A stretch of DNA of 64,000 nucleotides from the NCBI GenBank assembly GCA_030704615.1, contig CM060732.1:48670001-48734000 (forward strand), in the 5' to 3' direction. The stretch comes from Takakia lepidozioides. Taxonomy: Eukaryota; Plantae; Bryophyta. Positions within the stretch are counted from its first letter, which is position 1. The number at the start of each line of letters is the position of its first letter. The notes beneath the pieces were generated by a model. The model saw only the letters and a list, made by a program, of their open reading frames with translations. It searched no databases and was not told where the DNA came from. Made by a program: the position numbers and the translations under genes. Of this stretch, positions 60,928 to 64,000 are shown one piece after another.

Positions 60928-62800
60928 TTTCAATAGTAATGAGGCACAAGGCTCATGGGGCATATCTTTTTGTTAGAAACATCTGATATTATATTGTTTA
61001 TAATAATAATAATAATAATAATAATAAACAGAAACACCTGGGAGAAAGTGCCAACTCCCTGGCACTCACAAATCAGGCCCCTGGGTAGGTATAGCTAATG
61101 ATCAAGGGTCGCCTTTTTGTGGGTCCATGAAGTCAATAAGATAGGCCAAAATGGCATTGCTCCTTTACAGAGGGGTTGCAACATGCATTTTGGCTTTTGA
61201 CCGTCAATGCGGTAGCTCAAGGCTGTTGAGGGCAGCTTTTTATCTAGAACAAATTAGGATGGTTGAGCTGAGAAGCTTGGGTTTCTTTTGTTTGAGCTCT
61301 TATTTGGTAGACATCAGGGGAAGGGATCACCCTCCAAGGGGTTGAAGATGATGGGTCATGGGCCTGTTTATTTTTTAAATGGTGCATGGTGGTTACGCCA
61401 TATGCATGCACTGGATGATTAGCTACTCCATCCATCCTGCCAATCTAGACCGAATTCACATTATGGATGACATAAGTGACTTAGCATAACCCTTCTTCCA
61501 CCCTAAGTGACATGCACCTAGGTTTATATTTTAGTAGCCAAATTTTAGATAATACATGTTGGTGCTATTTTTCATGAATTTCCAGTCACAAAAAATACTG
61601 GAGTTACACTCCCCACCGTATAATCCTGACTGATGTTTACACCCCCTCTCTCTAAAGTCCACATGTCACCCAAACTGAAGTTATACTCCCTTCAGTTTGA
61701 TGTCACTCTCAAGAGAGGTGGGGAAGATTCAATATACATCACACATGTGCATTAACTTCATACATTATTCCTGGGATTCTCCATTTTATGCGTGGTGGTT
61801 TTGCCTCTTTGTAGTAATAATATTTTTAGGAGTATTAACGATGTTGATATTCATTTCATTGTCAATATAATTTTGTTTGATTTGTAAATATAACATATTA
61901 CATTTCATTAACTATCCAAAATATAGAGAAGAGACAAAAATGAGTTCAATATTAAGATTTTTGACATTTCATTAGCTATTACAATTATCATATTTATATC
62001 TACTATCATAGAATATTAGTAAATTAAAACATGCTTACCATGCGTACTACTTTTTGGAAATGCTATAACAATTACATTGAATATGTAAAGAACCGAAATA
62101 AATAGAAAAAAAAAATTAGAGCAGATTTGACAAAAAATATTTTCATTAAAAGAAAAATCCCGAGCAATGGGGAGAGCCTCAAAGAATGTACGTAAAGAAA
62201 TTTCAAAAAGACTCCTTTGTATTTCGAGTGGGCTTATTTCGTGGAATACAGTGCCAGGTTGGCGAGTAGCGTTACGGAGTGTAAGCCACCGTAACGCTAC
62301 TCGCCAGCCTGGCAAGGCACTTTTTTTTTCAATTCTTTAGGCAGGGTAAGCAACAATCGCTCGTTGCTTCACTGGTTCTCGCCCCTGCCCCTCGTGAGCA
62401 TGTGAAGCACCTCGCCTGGGTTGCTTACCCTACACATTGAAGATGTGGCCTCCGGTGGCAATGACGATGTGGCAGAGATGACGTCTTTTTTTTTTATCAA
62501 CTTCAAACATGGCAATATTAGTCTCCAACCTTCAGTCGCTAGAATTTATTAGTGAATCTACGATAAGTGTAGGGGAAGTGCCCTGGCCGAGGGCATTCCA
62601 CGATTTAAGGGCTGCCTGCCGAGGGCGTTGCCCGAAGCTGGCAGCCCTTAAATCGTGGAATGCCCGGCGGCGGTGACCTTCCCGAACGTGAAGATCAACT
62701 CAGAATTTTCATCATCCTCCAATTTTGCAGAATGTTCTTCCAATTTGATGGGGAGTATTTCGAGGAATATTCCTGTCAGGGAGGGACCTTGAATCATATA

Positions 62801-63388
62801 CAGTCGACCCTGGGTAAATGTGCCCTCTTTATGTGTTATAAGGGGTGTAATTGTTATCTTTTTTTTACTCCCTAATTTTTAAAGAAAAAAAAAAGTTTAC
62901 ACAGTAGGGATGTTATATGTTACTCCCTCCTTTGTAAAGTGACCCTTGAGATACGATATGTCCACCTCTTTGTTAGGAAAGTACAGTGAAGGCCGCCTAA
63001 AGTAGGTTGAAACATAAATATTTCCATTGACATTTCATTAAGAAATAAATAATGTGGAACCACCGACATGTGATGATTAAATTTCTGAATTAATATAGGG
63101 ATGGATGTCTAGCAAATTGGCTCTGTATAATGCAATGTAGTTACGTTTCCGACTGTGGGGGTTCATGAATTTGTTCATTACGAGGAAAAACACGATTTGA
63201 ACACTCCATATGCACCTACGGAAAGCGAGGTATATGAACTCGTTGATCCATGTGCAAACGTTGAAACTGAAGATAACGAAGACGAACCTATTTTAGATCC
63301 AGTGGCACAAGTGACATTTTCCAATGTTCAGGAGGAATTCAAAGTGATTAATATGTTTCTAGAACAACAACCCTCGATGGTTGGTTGA
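62801..63388 (+). mobile_element. pogo/Tigger-like remnant
   Basis: TA|CAGTCGACCCTGGGTAAATGT resembles the TIR at 14962; ORF 63155-63388 resembles an acidic pogo transposase C-terminus (QVTFSNVQEEFKVINMFLEQQ). Confidence 0.5.
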
Positions 63389-63642
63389 GAGACTTTCTAA
63401 TAGGGTTAGATATGTAGAAAATAGTCTAAGTTATCTAAGTTGCACGTTGACATGAACAGAATTTTCAGTCGATTTGACGTATAACTCTGTAAATGTTATA
63501 TGTTTTGAAGATCATCCCCGGTTTACTGTTACATGGACAAATGTTAAGAAGAGTCTTGGTCGCCCTCTTTAATATCTTACATTTTAAGTGAAATATAATT
63601 ATTATGGATTATCTTTGTTATTTGTTTTAAACATGTACTTAC

Positions 63643-63783
63643 TACACGAAATTTTGGTCTTAGCCAGGAAGCAGCAGATCCAGACTCAAATGCAACTGCC
63701 CCACCTTTAGATATGATTTCCTGTCCATATTGAGCATTTGCCAATTTTCCTTCATACAAGTCAATCCTACACCACATTCGGGA
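63643..63783 (-). other. Isolated exon-like segment, unidentified gene
   Basis: TTCAG acceptor, 141 nt open (SRMWCRIDLYEGKLANAQYGQEIISKGGAVAFESGSAASWLRPKFRV), GTAAGT donor, AT-rich flanks. Confidence 0.45.
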
Positions 63784-64000
63784 CTGAATTTTTTAATTTG
63801 AGAAAATGTCATTATTACATATTAAGTAAAGATTTAAAAAAATTAGATATGTGAGTAAGTTTAAAAAAAATGATGTAACATAAAATGGATACTTGTATTT
63901 TTCACAATTTCGTATGTAAGTATATAATATATCTCAAACATACGAATCAGATGAGAAAAATGATAGACCAGAATTATAGGAAATCTACATGTGGTTGCTT

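Overview
Eukaryotic, repeat-rich plant nuclear DNA, most consistent with a non-seed land plant (inferred from the DYW-PPR gene and Tcn1-like chromovirus). Host genes: the intron-rich 3' part of 5-oxoprolinase (1-3243), a PLS-E-DYW PPR RNA-editing factor (18142-20463) and a GT32 alpha-1,4-glycosyltransferase (28743-31712). The rest is mostly decayed mobile DNA. It includes an inverted-duplicated Crinkler-like nuclease+kinase pseudogene interrupted by a chromovirus whose PBS looks self-priming, pogo-like and foldback elements, LINE remnants and a CACTA end. The most unusual part is a ~14.7 kb MULE-like composite (about 42135-56835). It has GCM-like Zn-finger/DDE/SWIM transposase genes on the minus strand, ~25 copies of a 116-bp unit that each carry a 16-bp hairpin with a GCAA loop, a divergent spliced gene with a ParB/Srx-like N-terminus and an N6/N4-DNA-methyltransferase-like C-terminus, and a captured PPR fragment. 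All domain calls are by eye from motifs; no searches were run.
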